Source: Polyangiaceae bacterium
Lineage (GTDB): Bacteria > Myxococcota_A > Polyangia > Polyangiales > Polyangiaceae
Length of the DNA stretch: 64,000 bases
Reading direction: 5' to 3'
Assembly (NCBI GenBank): GCA_035063585.1
Contig: JAPSGB010000002.1
Span: 113,458 to 177,457, forward strand
Both the position numbers and the translations under genes were made by a program. Shown piece by piece: positions 19,294 through 31,579 of the stretch. Numbering within the stretch: the first letter of the stretch is position 1; each line of letters opens with the position of its first letter. Under the pieces are notes generated by a model. The model saw only the letters and a program-made list of their open reading frames with translations. It ran no database searches and had not been told where the DNA came from.

Positions 19294-21084
19294 TCAGAGC
19301 TCGTAGCGCAGGCCGAGGTTCGGCGCGAGGAGAACGACCGTGTTGCCCGTGAGCTGCTCCTCGGTCATGAGATCCATCTTTCCAAGCGCGCCGGGATCTA
19401 TCGGGATGCCGCGCCCCTTCGTCTTCGGCTGTGAGATCGCGAAGAGGACGAGCGCCTGGACCCCGATCCCGAGCTCCAAGCGCTCGGCGAGCTTGAGGCC
19501 GACTCGCACCTCGGGCGCCGCGTAGAGATACTTCGGGCTGGTGGTGCCGCTCGAGGTGAAGCTGTAACGATGCGCGGGGATGAGCCGGGGAGGGGTCACC
19601 TTCTCGTTATAGCGGTCTTCGATCTGCGCGGTGCCCGTCCGCTGGTAGCGAGCGGTACCCAGCATCGCGCCGACTCCGAGCCGGAAGGTCAACGGAAACC
19701 GCTCGCCGCGATGAAGCTGCGCCGAGGCTCCCAAGAGGACTCCGCTCAGCTTCAGGGTGTCGTCGGCGGTCGACCTGACGGGCGCGAACCCCTGGGGCTG
19801 AAGCATGAGGTCGCGTCCAGTGATCGTCTTTCCCAGCATCAGATAACCGGCGTCCACGGAGAACCCGAGCCCGGAGCCAAACTGATATCCGGCGTGACCG
19901 ATCGCCGCGAACCCGATCCCGGGCGACTTCGCGCAGCTACCCGAGCAGCGCGTCACGATGTCGCCTCCCAGCAAGGGCGCAAAGATCCCGGCCCCATCCA
20001 GCTCGAAGATGAAGCGCGCCGGATTCTTGGCGCGCCAGAGCGCCGAGTCCGGATCGCGCTCGAGCGGTAGGGCGAGGACCTGGCGCTTGTCGCGAGTGAG
20101 CACCACCTGCTTCGATGAGGGCAGGAACCCCTCCTCGGCGACCTCGATCTTGTGCGCGCCGGCACGGAGCTTCCCTTCCCAGACGCCGCGCCCCACGACG
20201 ACGCCGTCGATGGCGACGTTCGCGCTCGCCGGGGCCGGCTCGACCCGGAGCACTGCGTCGAGCGCCTCGACCGCGAGCATCAGAGGCGTCACTTGGTTCA
20301 GCCGGACCGGTGCGGACGCCGGCTGAGTCCCGATGTTCCCTTCCCCCCGCAGAAACACCACGTGATCGCCGACCGGCAGCGTCCCGGCCCACGGCGTCTT
20401 CCCGACGACCTCGCCGTCGACCACGACGTCGACGATCTTGCCGGACTCCTCGGTGACCTTCAGCCGGCCCCCCTGCGTCAGCGCACGCATCGTCACCGCG
20501 ACCGCAGTCGACTGACCGCCGACCACCTCCGCTTGAACCTCGAAGGGGAGGAAACCCTCCTTGGTGACACGAACGAAGTGAGTGCCGGCAGGCACTCGGA
20601 CCGGCGCGCTCGGCAGCGTGCCGCGCACGCGGCCATCCACGACCACGCTCGCGCCGGCCTCGCCACCGGTGAGCCCGAGCGTCCCTACCAGCGAGGAGAG
20701 CGCCTTGATTTCGCGCTCGGCGAGCGCGCGGTCATCGGCCGGAAGGTCCGGAAAGGACTTGAGCAGCGTCTCGAACATGTCGAGCGCCTCATCGAAGCGA
20801 TGGAGCTTCCGCAAGCAGAGCGCGGCGTTCTTGGTCGCCGCGCGCGTCGGATAGAGCTCGCGCGATCGCTGAAATTCCACGAGCGCAGCGTCCCAGGCCT
20901 CCTCTTCGAAGAGCGAGATCGCCTTCTCGAAGTGCGCGCGTGCCTGGGCCTTCGTATCGGTCTCGGTCGCCGGCGGCGCGGACGGGGCGGGCGGGGCGGG
21001 CGGAGCGTCAGCGGGTTGCGCCAGCGCGACGCCCGAGGCGAGCGACACCAGCAAGGAGCCCACGGCGATGAGTAGACGATTCAT
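19294..21084 (-). CDS. TPR + multiple PEGA domain protein with C-terminal beta-barrel-like region
   Basis: Signal peptide MNRLLIAVG...ALA; TPR AQARAHFEKA...WDAALVEF; PEGA repeats GASVVVDG...GTHFVRVTKEGF, VVVDGEVVGKTPW, ANVAIDG...GAHKIEV. Confidence 0.88.
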   Translation of the reverse strand: MNRLLIAVGSLLVSLASGVALAQPADAPPAPPAPSAPPATETDTKAQARAHFEKAISLFEEEAWDAALVEFQRSRELYPTRAATKNAALCLRKLHRFDEALDMFETLLKSFPDLPADDRALAEREIKALSSLVGTLGLTGGEAGASVVVDGRVRGTLPSAPVRVPAGTHFVRVTKEGFLPFEVQAEVVGGQSTAVAVTMRALTQGGRLKVTEESGKIVDVVVDGEVVGKTPWAGTLPVGDHVVFLRGEGNIGTQPASAPVRLNQVTPLMLAVEALDAVLRVEPAPASANVAIDGVVVGRGVWEGKLRAGAHKIEVAEEGFLPSSKQVVLTRDKRQVLALPLERDPDSALWRAKNPARFIFELDGAGIFAPLLGGDIVTRCSGSCAKSPGIGFAAIGHAGYQFGSGLGFSVDAGYLMLGKTITGRDLMLQPQGFAPVRSTADDTLKLSGVLLGASAQLHRGERFPLTFRLGVGAMLGTARYQRTGTAQIEDRYNEKVTPPRLIPAHRYSFTSSGTTSPKYLYAAPEVRVGLKLAERLELGIGVQALVLFAISQPKTKGRGIPIDPGALGKMDLMTEEQLTGNTVVLLAPNLGLRYEL

Positions 21085-21128
21085 GGATCCTCGACCACGC
21101 GGCAATCTGGCAGTCCCAGCGGGAGAGC

Positions 21129-22730
21129 CTACGCGAACTTCGTGTCGAGCTGGGTGGGCGGCTTCGGCTTGGCCGTGGGGGCCGCAGCGGGCTTGCCTCC
21201 GGTCGGAGCCGGGCCGGCCGGACCGGCGCTGGCGGCCGGCTTCACGGGCTTCGGAACCGCGACTCCCACCGTGATCTTCGCGGGGATTGCCCCGGCCTCG
21301 GTGACCACGACCTCCCCCTCCGTGGTTCGCCCGTTCAGCGAGACCTCGACGCGATGCACGCTGCCGAGCGTCCCGGTGACCTCGGCGGTGCCGTCGGTGA
21401 CCTTGGCGTCTGCGCCATCGATCGTCACGGTCGCGCTCGGCGGCGAGATGGTGAGCTTCACGGTCTTGAGCACGGGGGCCGCGGCCGACGGCGGCGCGAC
21501 GGGCGTGGGCGTGGGCGTCGGGGTCGGCGCGGGGAGCGCAGCGACGGGCGGAGGAGGCGGAGGCTCGGGCTTCGGGCGGAGCGCGAAGAACGCCACCCCG
21601 GCCGCGACCCCGACGGCCCCCATCCCGAGCAGGATCGGAGCCGCGCGAGAGGGCTTCGGGTTCAGGGTGTTCGCGAGCCCATGGGTCGTGCCGCCGTGGC
21701 TCGTCGTCGCGGAGACCCCGGTCGTCTTCAAGTGCGCGCCGCCGACCGAGAGCGCGAGCCGCGGCGCGACGTACGCGCGGTACGCCGGGCTGAGCGGCGC
21801 GAACATGCTCTCGTCGAGCTCGTGACCGTTCGGCAGGAGCGGCCTTATCGCGTCGAACATCGCCTGCGAGGTCTGGAAGCGCTCGTTTACGTCTAGCGTG
21901 AGCGCGCCGTGCACGATCGCCGCGATCTCCGGGGGAACCCACGGAGCCCGATCCTGAATGGACGGCGGAGGCTCCGAGCAGATCGCGAGGATGAGCTGGC
22001 CCAGGGTGTCGAGGTGCCCGTGAGGCGTCGTCGCGCTCAGACACTCATAGAGCACCGCGCCGAGCGACCAGATATCGGTGCGGTGGTCGATGGATTTCAG
22101 GCCCTTCGCCTGCTCCGGTGACATGTAGAGCGGCGAGCCGAGCATGCTGCCCGTGCGGGTCAGGCCTTGGTTCTGCTCGGCGAGCGCCTGATCCATCTTG
22201 ACCTTGGCGATCCCGAAGTCGAGGAGCTTGACGATGATCTTCCCCTCGTCACGGCGCGCGAGGTAGAGGTTCGCGGGCTTGATGTCGCGGTGCACGACGC
22301 CCGCATCGTGTGCCTTCTGCAGGCCGATGCAGGCCTGCGCGACGACCCGCAGCGCGAGCTCGGGAGACATCGGGCCGAGGCGCTGAACCTGCTGCTGGAT
22401 GTCCTCGCCCGACAGGAACTCCATCACCATGAAGGGCAGACCGGTCGACTGGTCCATCCCGGTGTCGAGCACTTGGACGATGTGCTGCGTGTCGATCGAG
22501 CCTGCCGCCTTCGCTTCACGCTGGAAGCGGCCCACCACCTCGTAATTTTTCGCGAGGTCGTCGCTGACTATGACCTTGACCGCGACGCGGCGGCCGGTCC
22601 CGGTGTGAACGGCCTCATACACCGCGCCCATGCCGCCTTCGCCAAGCAAGCGGATGACCTGATACCGGCCGTCTATCGTCTGCCCGATCACGAGAGCGGC
22701 CATGCTAGGCGGGCGCTCTCCCATGGGCAA
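21129..22730 (-). CDS. Hanks-type Ser/Thr protein kinase with TM and PEGA-like external domain
   Basis: GEGGMGAVY, VAVK, HRDIKPAN, DFG, YMSPE. Start uncertain (22730, 22703 or slightly later). Confidence 0.93.
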   Translation of the reverse strand: MPMGERPPSMAALVIGQTIDGRYQVIRLLGEGGMGAVYEAVHTGTGRRVAVKVIVSDDLAKNYEVVGRFQREAKAAGSIDTQHIVQVLDTGMDQSTGLPFMVMEFLSGEDIQQQVQRLGPMSPELALRVVAQACIGLQKAHDAGVVHRDIKPANLYLARRDEGKIIVKLLDFGIAKVKMDQALAEQNQGLTRTGSMLGSPLYMSPEQAKGLKSIDHRTDIWSLGAVLYECLSATTPHGHLDTLGQLILAICSEPPPSIQDRAPWVPPEIAAIVHGALTLDVNERFQTSQAMFDAIRPLLPNGHELDESMFAPLSPAYRAYVAPRLALSVGGAHLKTTGVSATTSHGGTTHGLANTLNPKPSRAAPILLGMGAVGVAAGVAFFALRPKPEPPPPPPVAALPAPTPTPTPTPVAPPSAAAPVLKTVKLTISPPSATVTIDGADAKVTDGTAEVTGTLGSVHRVEVSLNGRTTEGEVVVTEAGAIPAKITVGVAVPKPVKPAASAGPAGPAPTGGKPAAAPTAKPKPPTQLDTKFA

Positions 22731-22839
22731 GCCTCGGGCGATTTGCCGATGCTTCAGCGACCCTTCGAGTCTCGGGACCCGCGCCGGCGGCCCGCGCCGC
22801 CGGCCGCGCCGCCCCGACAGGCCCGCCTCGGTACCACGC

Positions 22840-23514
22840 TCAGCGAGGATTTCGAGTCTCGACGATCGAGCTCTGACCGCGGCGGTGACGCGCCCGGCGC
22901 CGGCGAACGATCGTGCTCGTCGCGACCAGGATCACCGAGAGCACGGTCAGCACCAAGAGGTTTGCCTGGACGAAGTCGCGTAGTAGCTCGATGGGATCGG
23001 CGAACGCGTGCCCGAACACGCGGATCAAGGTCAGCGCGGTGGTGGTGCCGGCGAGGTTCGTCACCAGGAAGGTGCGCACGCGCATGCGGGAGGCTCCGGC
23101 GAGCACGCACACCACGCCGCCCGGGATGAGAAAGAGCACCGCCGGCCCCGCGCGGGCGAAGAGCCGCTCGATGCCGCGGGTCATGCGGCCGGCGAACCCG
23201 GAGCGCCGCTCGATCCACTCGACCGCGCTCTCACCGTACTCGCGCCCGATCAAGAAGTAGAAAGGGTCCGCCGCGAACAGGCGGAGCGCCGCCACCGCGA
23301 AGAAGGGCAAGGTCTCGAGTCGATTCGAGACGAGGACCAGGTGCGGATAAGCCGGGTTCAACGCGATCAACCCGAGCGGCGAGTGCACGAGCAGCACGGG
23401 CACGAAGGCCGCCCCGACGAAGGTCGCCATCGCGAAGCCGACGACGGGCGCGAGCAGCGCCACGAGCTTGCGTCGCCCGGAAGGCGGTCGCGCGGGGAGC
23501 GGCGGCCCGTTCAC
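22840..23514 (-). CDS. DedA/VTT-like membrane protein
   Basis: ADPFYFLIGREYG, LAGASRMRVRTFL; multiple TM segments. Confidence 0.7.
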   Translation of the reverse strand: MNGPPLPARPPSGRRKLVALLAPVVGFAMATFVGAAFVPVLLVHSPLGLIALNPAYPHLVLVSNRLETLPFFAVAALRLFAADPFYFLIGREYGESAVEWIERRSGFAGRMTRGIERLFARAGPAVLFLIPGGVVCVLAGASRMRVRTFLVTNLAGTTTALTLIRVFGHAFADPIELLRDFVQANLLVLTVLSVILVATSTIVRRRRARHRRGQSSIVETRNPR

Positions 23515-23568
23515 GGGCTCACAGGATGTAGTCGAGGAGGGGCTCTGTCGAGCCGAGGGCGAGCGCCG

Positions 23569-24297
23569 TCACTTCGTATAGGCGGCGAGCGACGGATCCT
23601 TCGCGAGGTATTCGGGCGAGAAGACGTCTACATGGGTGCCGTCCGGGCGAGCGCTGATGAGCGCCTGCATGCCCTGGAGCCGTCCGCCGGTGATCTCGCA
23701 ATACGACCTGCCCACCGGCGTGCCGAGCACCCGGTTCGGACCGAGCGCGTCGCAGGTGACCGGCGCGGGGGCGACGGTCGAGAAGCGGACCGCGGCGCGC
23801 TGCTCGTCGCGATAGCGCGCGGTCAGCGTGAAGCTCGACGCCGCGCGCGTACGGGTGCACCAGCGCCGAGGCTTCTCGCCAGCAGGCGCCGGCGTCGCGC
23901 TCTTCTCCTCGGGGTCGCAGCTCACCGTGTTGCCTGCCGTGTCGAGCGAGCCCTTGTGATCGGCCGCCCACCCGACGAAGAGCCCGATGAGCTGATTGGA
24001 CTGGGTCTTGGTCGCGTCGGCGGCGGCCTTCGCCTTCTGGAGCTCTCCCTCCTTGGCGACGATCTCCTGGTCGAGCGCCGAGAGCTGGCTGCCGTCGTCA
24101 CACTGCTTGTAGGCGTACTCGCGCCACGTGCGCGCCGACGCGACGTCTCCCGACTGGAGCGCCTGGCGGATCGTCGCGGTCGCTTGCTCGCACTTGGCGG
24201 CGTCACCCTTCTTACACCCCGCCGCCGTGAGGAGAGCCAGGCCGCCGAGCACGGCGACGAGAGAGCGAGCAGCACGCGGCCTTCTACGAGGACTCAT
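23569..24297 (-). CDS. Hypothetical Cys-containing lipoprotein
   Basis: Lipobox LTAAGC, helical N-domain, several paired Cys. Confidence 0.75.
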   Translation of the reverse strand: MSPRRRPRAARSLVAVLGGLALLTAAGCKKGDAAKCEQATATIRQALQSGDVASARTWREYAYKQCDDGSQLSALDQEIVAKEGELQKAKAAADATKTQSNQLIGLFVGWAADHKGSLDTAGNTVSCDPEEKSATPAPAGEKPRRWCTRTRAASSFTLTARYRDEQRAAVRFSTVAPAPVTCDALGPNRVLGTPVGRSYCEITGGRLQGMQALISARPDGTHVDVFSPEYLAKDPSLAAYTK

Positions 24298-24507
24298 GGG
24301 GACTCGCTTAGATCCGGTAGGGTGGGCTGGCAACTGGGCGACCCCGGAGCGCCCTGTTTTCGCGCTCGGAGCACGCTCCAGGCGGGCTCGCCTCGGGGGC
24401 TGTCGGCCCGGCGCGGAACCACGCTGGGCGAAGGCGCGCACCGAGCCGGGGCGCGCGCCAGGGCGCGGCTGGCATCGGAAGAACGCGGCGGCTAGAGTCC
24501 GCCGCCC

Positions 24508-26094
<1,587 letters not shown>

Positions 26095-26366
26095 CAAACC
26101 TGTAACATTTCGTATTTGCTAGATATTTACAGATTCTCCCCGTGGAGCGGCGAGCTCGGAGCGCGCCCGCGCTCCTCGACGGCCGGCCGCGGTGTGATAC
26201 CGTCGGCGGGCCTGCCATAGGACTCCGCCCGGCCGGAACGTTCCGCTCGAGTGTGGTCCAGTGTGCTGCCGGCCTCAATCCTGAGAACGGCATCTGTGAG
26301 ACGTCGGCGCCTGACGTTCGCTCGAGGGTGGCGAGAACGGCGCTTCGTATCCGAAGGCAGAGTGAG

Positions 26367-26843
<477 letters not shown>

Positions 26844-26953
26844 CCCGTCAGTGACGCGTCCCGGCGGGCCTCGTTCCTCGTGAGGAGGAGCGGGGCCCGC
26901 GACGCGTCGGGCGACAGCGCGAACCCATGGGCGCTGCCGCTGCGCGAGCCGGG

Positions 26954-27571
26954 TCACCTCCCGAGCTGGCGCGTCGAGTCGTGGCTGAGGACGGCCACGG
27001 CGCTCTGCATGGCCGCGAGCCCGAAAGAGATCTTCTTGAAGAACGAAGGATCGTGCGGCACGAAGGTGAAGCGCGGATGTCGCGCCCAGAGCCTGCGGAG
27101 CCGGTGGTCCAGATCCACGGCCTCCTGAGCGGTCTCGACGCGCACCGGGTTGCCGCCTTCGATCTTCAGTCCGCTGCAAGCGGCGCTCTCGAAGAAGATG
27201 ACCGCGTCGTAACGCTCGAGCTCTCGTTCGAGTGTGGTACCGAGCTCGAGGAAGAAGTCGTCCGCCGACCCAGGCCAATACGCAGCGCCGTCGACCGTGC
27301 CTCGATCGCAGAGCAGCACACGCTCGGGATACCGCTCCGCCTGGACATCCTCGAGGTTTCGCTGGACGTGGAAGATGGCCGTCTGCGCGGCCTTCCTCGC
27401 TTCAGGCTCCGCCGAGCGAGGGAATCCCCCGGAGAACAGGATGGTCGCAGCCTCCGGGACGACCACGACCTCTTCGCCGATCTCGCGACGGAACAGGTCC
27501 GCAGCGGTCGTCTTCCCGCCTCCCGGACCGCCCGTCAGCACGATGCGGCAACGACGCGAGCTCGCCTTCAT
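26954..27571 (-). CDS. P-loop NTPase, AAA_28 (NadR/Ttd14-like)
   Basis: IVLTGGPGGGKTT, VPEAAT, LLCDRGTVDGAAY, YDAVIF, NPVRVE. Confidence 0.85.
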   Translation of the reverse strand: MKASSRRCRIVLTGGPGGGKTTAADLFRREIGEEVVVVPEAATILFSGGFPRSAEPEARKAAQTAIFHVQRNLEDVQAERYPERVLLCDRGTVDGAAYWPGSADDFFLELGTTLERELERYDAVIFFESAACSGLKIEGGNPVRVETAQEAVDLDHRLRRLWARHPRFTFVPHDPSFFKKISFGLAAMQSAVAVLSHDSTRQLGR

Positions 27572-28019
27572 CGAGCCAGAATCAGGAAGCAAGCGCGCCT
27601 CCGCCGGAGCGCGTGAAGAGCCGACTCAGCGAGCCATGTGCGCCCCGCGGCATCGCGAGCGCGAAGCGCGCTACCTCCCCGGCGCGAGCTTCGCCGCGCG
27701 AGCGTCCGAGCGGCTCGAGCTCGGCGGACGACTGGAACAGCCGCGCGGGCTGGTCGCCGCGTCGGCAGAGGGAGCTCGGCGCAAGGGGAGTCGAGGCAGT
27801 CATGACGAGACCAACGACAGCGAAGGGCGACCGGCTCTCCGCCTGGGGAGGCCTCGTACCGCGCACCCTCGCCGGTAGCCGGCACTGTGGAATTTGCATG
27901 TTGGTCTCACGGGTTACGCGGGTGAAGGCAAGTGAGCGAGCGACTCGCTCGAGTATACTGCGACTCCCGCTCGGGCGAGCTACCGGCCGGGCGTGCCGCG
28001 CAGTATGCTCGAGCGAGCC

Positions 28020-29003
28020 ATGAGAAGCTTCCTCGGGCTCGCCTGCGTCTTCGCCGCGTTCACACTCGCCGCCTGCGGCGTAAATAGCGCGGGCGCGGGC
28101 GGCAGCGCCGGAGACACCGGGAGTGGAGGCGGCGCGGGCAGCGGCGCGGGCGGCGCGGGCGGCAACGGCGCGGGCGGCAACGGCGCGGGCGGCAACGGCG
28201 CGGGCGGCAACACGAGTGGTGGCGGCGGCTCGTTCAACCTGGCTGGAGCGGGAGGCACGAGCGGTAGCCCCGAGGTCTGCGACGGCGTCGACAACGACGG
28301 CAACGGCATCGTCGATGACGTCGACGTCGGGGGTGACGGGGTCTGCGACTGCCTCCTCATCGCCACGCTCGGGGTGCCGGGGACCTGGGGCCAAGGCGAC
28401 GTCTTCGCGACCTGGCTCGACTCCCGGAGCGACGTCGGCGCGGTGAGCCTGAACGCTCAGCTGCTCACGAGAGAGTTGCTCGAAAAATATGACGTCGTCG
28501 TCGCCGAGGACTTGAGCAAGATGGGGCGCGGCTACTCACCTGCGGAGGTACAGGCGCTCGCCGACTGGGTACGCGCGGGCGGCGGGCTCATGACGCTCAT
28601 CGGCTACGCGGACCCGAGCGAAATCGCGAACGCAAACCTCCTGCTCGGCGCGTACGGCATGAGCTACGGCAGCCAGCAGATCCTCGCCAAACCCGACAGC
28701 ACGAGCACGGTGCCCATCACCCAGTGGGTCGCCCATCCGGTGACGGACGGGATCACTCGGATCGGCGTCGACAACGGGTATCCGGTGAACGGCGGGACGA
28801 CACTCGCGACCGAGCAGGGCTGGAACGTCCTCGCGGTGAGCGAGCTCTCGAAGGGGCACGTCCTCATGTGGGGTGATGAGTGGATCACCTACAACAGCGA
28901 GTGGAGTGAGCATCCAGACTACCAGGTCGAGCGCTTCTGGCTGAACGCGATCAAGTGGCTGACGCGCGAGAGCCGATGCCAGGTGCCCATCCCACCGAAG
29001 TGA
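28020..29003 (+). CDS. Lipoprotein with GAGGN repeats, MopE-like Cys/Asp metal-binding motif and GATase-like C-terminal domain
   Basis: Lipobox TLAAC; PEVCDGVDNDGNGIVDD; LADWVRAGGGLM, HPVTDGI, GHVLMWGDEW, FWLNAIKWL. Confidence 0.8.
   Translation: MRSFLGLACVFAAFTLAACGVNSAGAGGSAGDTGSGGGAGSGAGGAGGNGAGGNGAGGNGAGGNTSGGGGSFNLAGAGGTSGSPEVCDGVDNDGNGIVDDVDVGGDGVCDCLLIATLGVPGTWGQGDVFATWLDSRSDVGAVSLNAQLLTRELLEKYDVVVAEDLSKMGRGYSPAEVQALADWVRAGGGLMTLIGYADPSEIANANLLLGAYGMSYGSQQILAKPDSTSTVPITQWVAHPVTDGITRIGVDNGYPVNGGTTLATEQGWNVLAVSELSKGHVLMWGDEWITYNSEWSEHPDYQVERFWLNAIKWLTRESRCQVPIPPK
28152..28211 (+). repeat. Perfect 15-bp tandem repeat x4 (GGCGCGGGCGGCAAC), coding GAGGN
   Basis: Copies at 28152, 28167, 28182 and 28197. 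Confidence 0.95.
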
Positions 29004-31528
29004 GCGGAGCCGAGCGCCGGGCGTCCGTGCTGGCCGCCGGCCTCGACAGCGCGGAGGCGGCTCGCCGACTCGCAGAGCACGGCCCGAACCAGCTTGCTCC
29101 GCGCCGCCCACGCGCGGCAGCGCAGCTGCTCGCGCGCTTCCGCAGCCCGTTGGTCCTCATCCTCCTCGCGGCGAGCGTCATCTCTACCTTCACGGGCGAC
29201 ACCCCGAGCGCGCTGATCGTGGGTGTGATCGTGCTCCTCTCGGTGCTGCTCGATTTCGTGCAGGAGCACCGCGCAAGTCAGGCGGCAGAACGCCTGGCCG
29301 AGCAGGTCGCGCTGGTCGTCAGGGTGCTGCGCGACGGACGCCCGGTGGAGCGCCCCGCGGTCGACCTGGCGCCGGGCGACGTGGTGCTCTTGGCTGCCGG
29401 TGATCTCGTGCCCGCCGATGGTCACCTGTTGGAGGCCCGCGACTTCTTCGTGAATCAGGCCGCGCTCACCGGCGAGCCTTACCCCGTGGAGCGCCGCGCA
29501 GCCCAGGTGCCCGACGGCGCACCGTGGAGCTCGGACGATGTGAGCGCAGTCGCCATGGGAAGCTCGGTGGTCAGCGGTTCGGGGCGCCTGCTCGTCGAGC
29601 ACACCGGACGACGCACCGCGATGGGCCAGATTGCGACGAGCCTCGAGCGCCCTCCGCCTCCTACCGCGTTCGAGCTCGGGACCCGCCGCTTCGGGCTCCT
29701 CATCATGCGGCTGACGGTGCTCCTCGTGCTCTTCACGCTGCTCGTCAACACGGCGATGCACCGGCCGCTCCTCGACTCTTTCCTGTTCGCCGTCGCGCTC
29801 GCGGTCGGGCTCACGCCGGAGCTCCTCCCGATGGTCGTCTCGGTCACCCTGGCGCGTGGCGCGCTCCGGATGTCGAGGGCTCGCGTCATCGTCAAGCGCC
29901 TCTCGGCGATCCAGGACATGGGCGCCATGGACGTGCTCTGCACGGACAAGACGGGAACGCTCACCCACGCGCGGATCCGCCTCGAACGTCACGTCGACGT
30001 CGAAGGGCGCGACAGCGCACGCGTGCACGAGCTCGCCTACCTGAACAGCTTCTTCGAGAGCGGCCTCGAGAGCCCGCTCGACGAGGCCATCCTCGCGCAC
30101 GAGGCGGTCGACGTGAGCGGGTGGACCAAGCTCGACGAGGTGCCCTTCGATTTCGAGCGGCGACGCGTCTCGGTGCTGCTCGAGCGCGACGGCGAGCGCC
30201 TCTTGGTGCTCAAGGGCGCCCCGGAAGACGTCCTCGAGGCCTGCTCACTCTACGAGACGGGGACTCCTCGCGAGGGCAGCGACGGCCGGCCGCCGCCCGA
30301 CCTGCTCGACGAGGTAGTTCGCGCGCGCATCCTGGCGAAGTTCGACGCGCTCGGTAGCGAGGGGTTCCGGGTGCTCGCCATCGCCTACAAGCACGGCCGG
30401 GAAGGCATGGTCACCGCCGCGGTGGGCGACGAGAGCGAGCTCGTGTTCGTCGGGTTCGCGGCCTTCCTGGATCCCCCGAAAGAGAGCGCTCGCACCGCGC
30501 TCGCTGCGTTCAGCGCGAACCGAGTCGCGGTGAAGATCTTGACCGGCGACAACGAGCGGGTCACTCGCCACGTCTGCACGGAGCTCGGCATGCCCATCAC
30601 CGGCGTGCTGCTGGGCGGCGAGATCGCGCAGATGAACGACGACGCGCTCCGCGCACGGGTCGACGAGGTGAACCTGTTCTGTCGGGCCAACCCGCAACAG
30701 AAGAATCGAATACTCTTGGCGCTGAAGGCCCGCGGGCACGTGGTCGGTTACCTGGGTGACGGCATCAACGACGCGCCATCCCTGCATACCGCCGACGTCG
30801 GGATCTCGGTCGATGGGGCAGTGGCGGTCGCGCGTGCGGCAGCCGCCATGATCCTGCTCGACAATGACCTCAATGTGCTAGAGGCCGGGCTCCGCGAGGG
30901 GAGGCGGACCTTCGGTAACGTCATGAAGTACGTCATGATGGCTACCAGCTCGAACTTCGGGAACATGTTCAGCATGGCGCTCGGCACCCTCGCCCTGCCC
31001 TTTCTGCCGATGCTCCCGACGCAGATCCTGCTCAACAACTTCCTCTATGATCTCTCAGAGCTCGCGCTCCCGCTCGACGAAGTGGACGCCGGCGAGCTCG
31101 AGCGCCCCGGCCGCTGGGACATGGATTTCATCCGCGACTTCATGCTCCGAATCGGCCCGATCAGCTCGGCGTTCGATTTCGCGACCTTCTTCATCCTGCT
31201 GCGGGTGCTCGACGCGGGTCCGACCGAGTTCCGGACGGGCTGGTTCGTGGAGTCCTTGGCGACGCAGGTGCTCGTCATCTTCATCATCCGAACCCGCGGG
31301 AGCCCGCTCCGGAGCCGGCCGAACCGGTGGCTAGTCCTGTCCTCGCTCGGCGTCGTCGCGGTCGCCATCGCGCTGCCCTTCTCTCCACTCGCTCCGGTGC
31401 TCGGCTTCACGAGGCTCCCCGCAGAATACTTCATGCTCCTCGCGGGGCTGGTCCTCGCCTACCTGGCGCTGGTCGAGGGGGTGAAGCGACGGTTCTTCGC
31501 CGCGCGCCGCGAACGCGAGCCTGCCTAG
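29000..31528 (+). CDS. mgtA: Mg2+-translocating P-type ATPase
   Basis: LTGE, GLTPELLPM, DKTGTLT, PFDFERRR, TGDN, GDGINDAPSL, SSNFGNMFS, NFLYD. GTG 29000 overlaps the upstream TGA (GTGA). Confidence 0.92.
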   Translation: MSGAERRASVLAAGLDSAEAARRLAEHGPNQLAPRRPRAAAQLLARFRSPLVLILLAASVISTFTGDTPSALIVGVIVLLSVLLDFVQEHRASQAAERLAEQVALVVRVLRDGRPVERPAVDLAPGDVVLLAAGDLVPADGHLLEARDFFVNQAALTGEPYPVERRAAQVPDGAPWSSDDVSAVAMGSSVVSGSGRLLVEHTGRRTAMGQIATSLERPPPPTAFELGTRRFGLLIMRLTVLLVLFTLLVNTAMHRPLLDSFLFAVALAVGLTPELLPMVVSVTLARGALRMSRARVIVKRLSAIQDMGAMDVLCTDKTGTLTHARIRLERHVDVEGRDSARVHELAYLNSFFESGLESPLDEAILAHEAVDVSGWTKLDEVPFDFERRRVSVLLERDGERLLVLKGAPEDVLEACSLYETGTPREGSDGRPPPDLLDEVVRARILAKFDALGSEGFRVLAIAYKHGREGMVTAAVGDESELVFVGFAAFLDPPKESARTALAAFSANRVAVKILTGDNERVTRHVCTELGMPITGVLLGGEIAQMNDDALRARVDEVNLFCRANPQQKNRILLALKARGHVVGYLGDGINDAPSLHTADVGISVDGAVAVARAAAAMILLDNDLNVLEAGLREGRRTFGNVMKYVMMATSSNFGNMFSMALGTLALPFLPMLPTQILLNNFLYDLSELALPLDEVDAGELERPGRWDMDFIRDFMLRIGPISSAFDFATFFILLRVLDAGPTEFRTGWFVESLATQVLVIFIIRTRGSPLRSRPNRWLVLSSLGVVAVAIALPFSPLAPVLGFTRLPAEYFMLLAGLVLAYLALVEGVKRRFFAARREREPA

Positions 31529-31579
31529 CGTCGCTCGCGCGCGCCGGGCGCGCGCCCCCGCTGCCCGACGCGCCGCGCG

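Noticed and set aside
21085..22044. Apparent N-terminal extension of the PEGA protein (916-aa ORF), suggesting a fusion or frameshift
   Set aside because: Off-frame overlap with the kinase; a clean signal peptide begins at ATG 21084.
27582..27899. Possible 105-aa minus-strand ORF in the gap between the AAA gene and the lipoprotein
   Set aside because: Atypical codon usage and no motif; may be regulatory or ncRNA sequence but cannot be supported.
28152..28211. Short tandem repeats as CRISPR or contingency loci (also 46960-47020 and 62119-62189)
   Set aside because: No spacers and no cas genes; unit lengths are multiples of 3 and encode Gly- or Pro-rich linkers.
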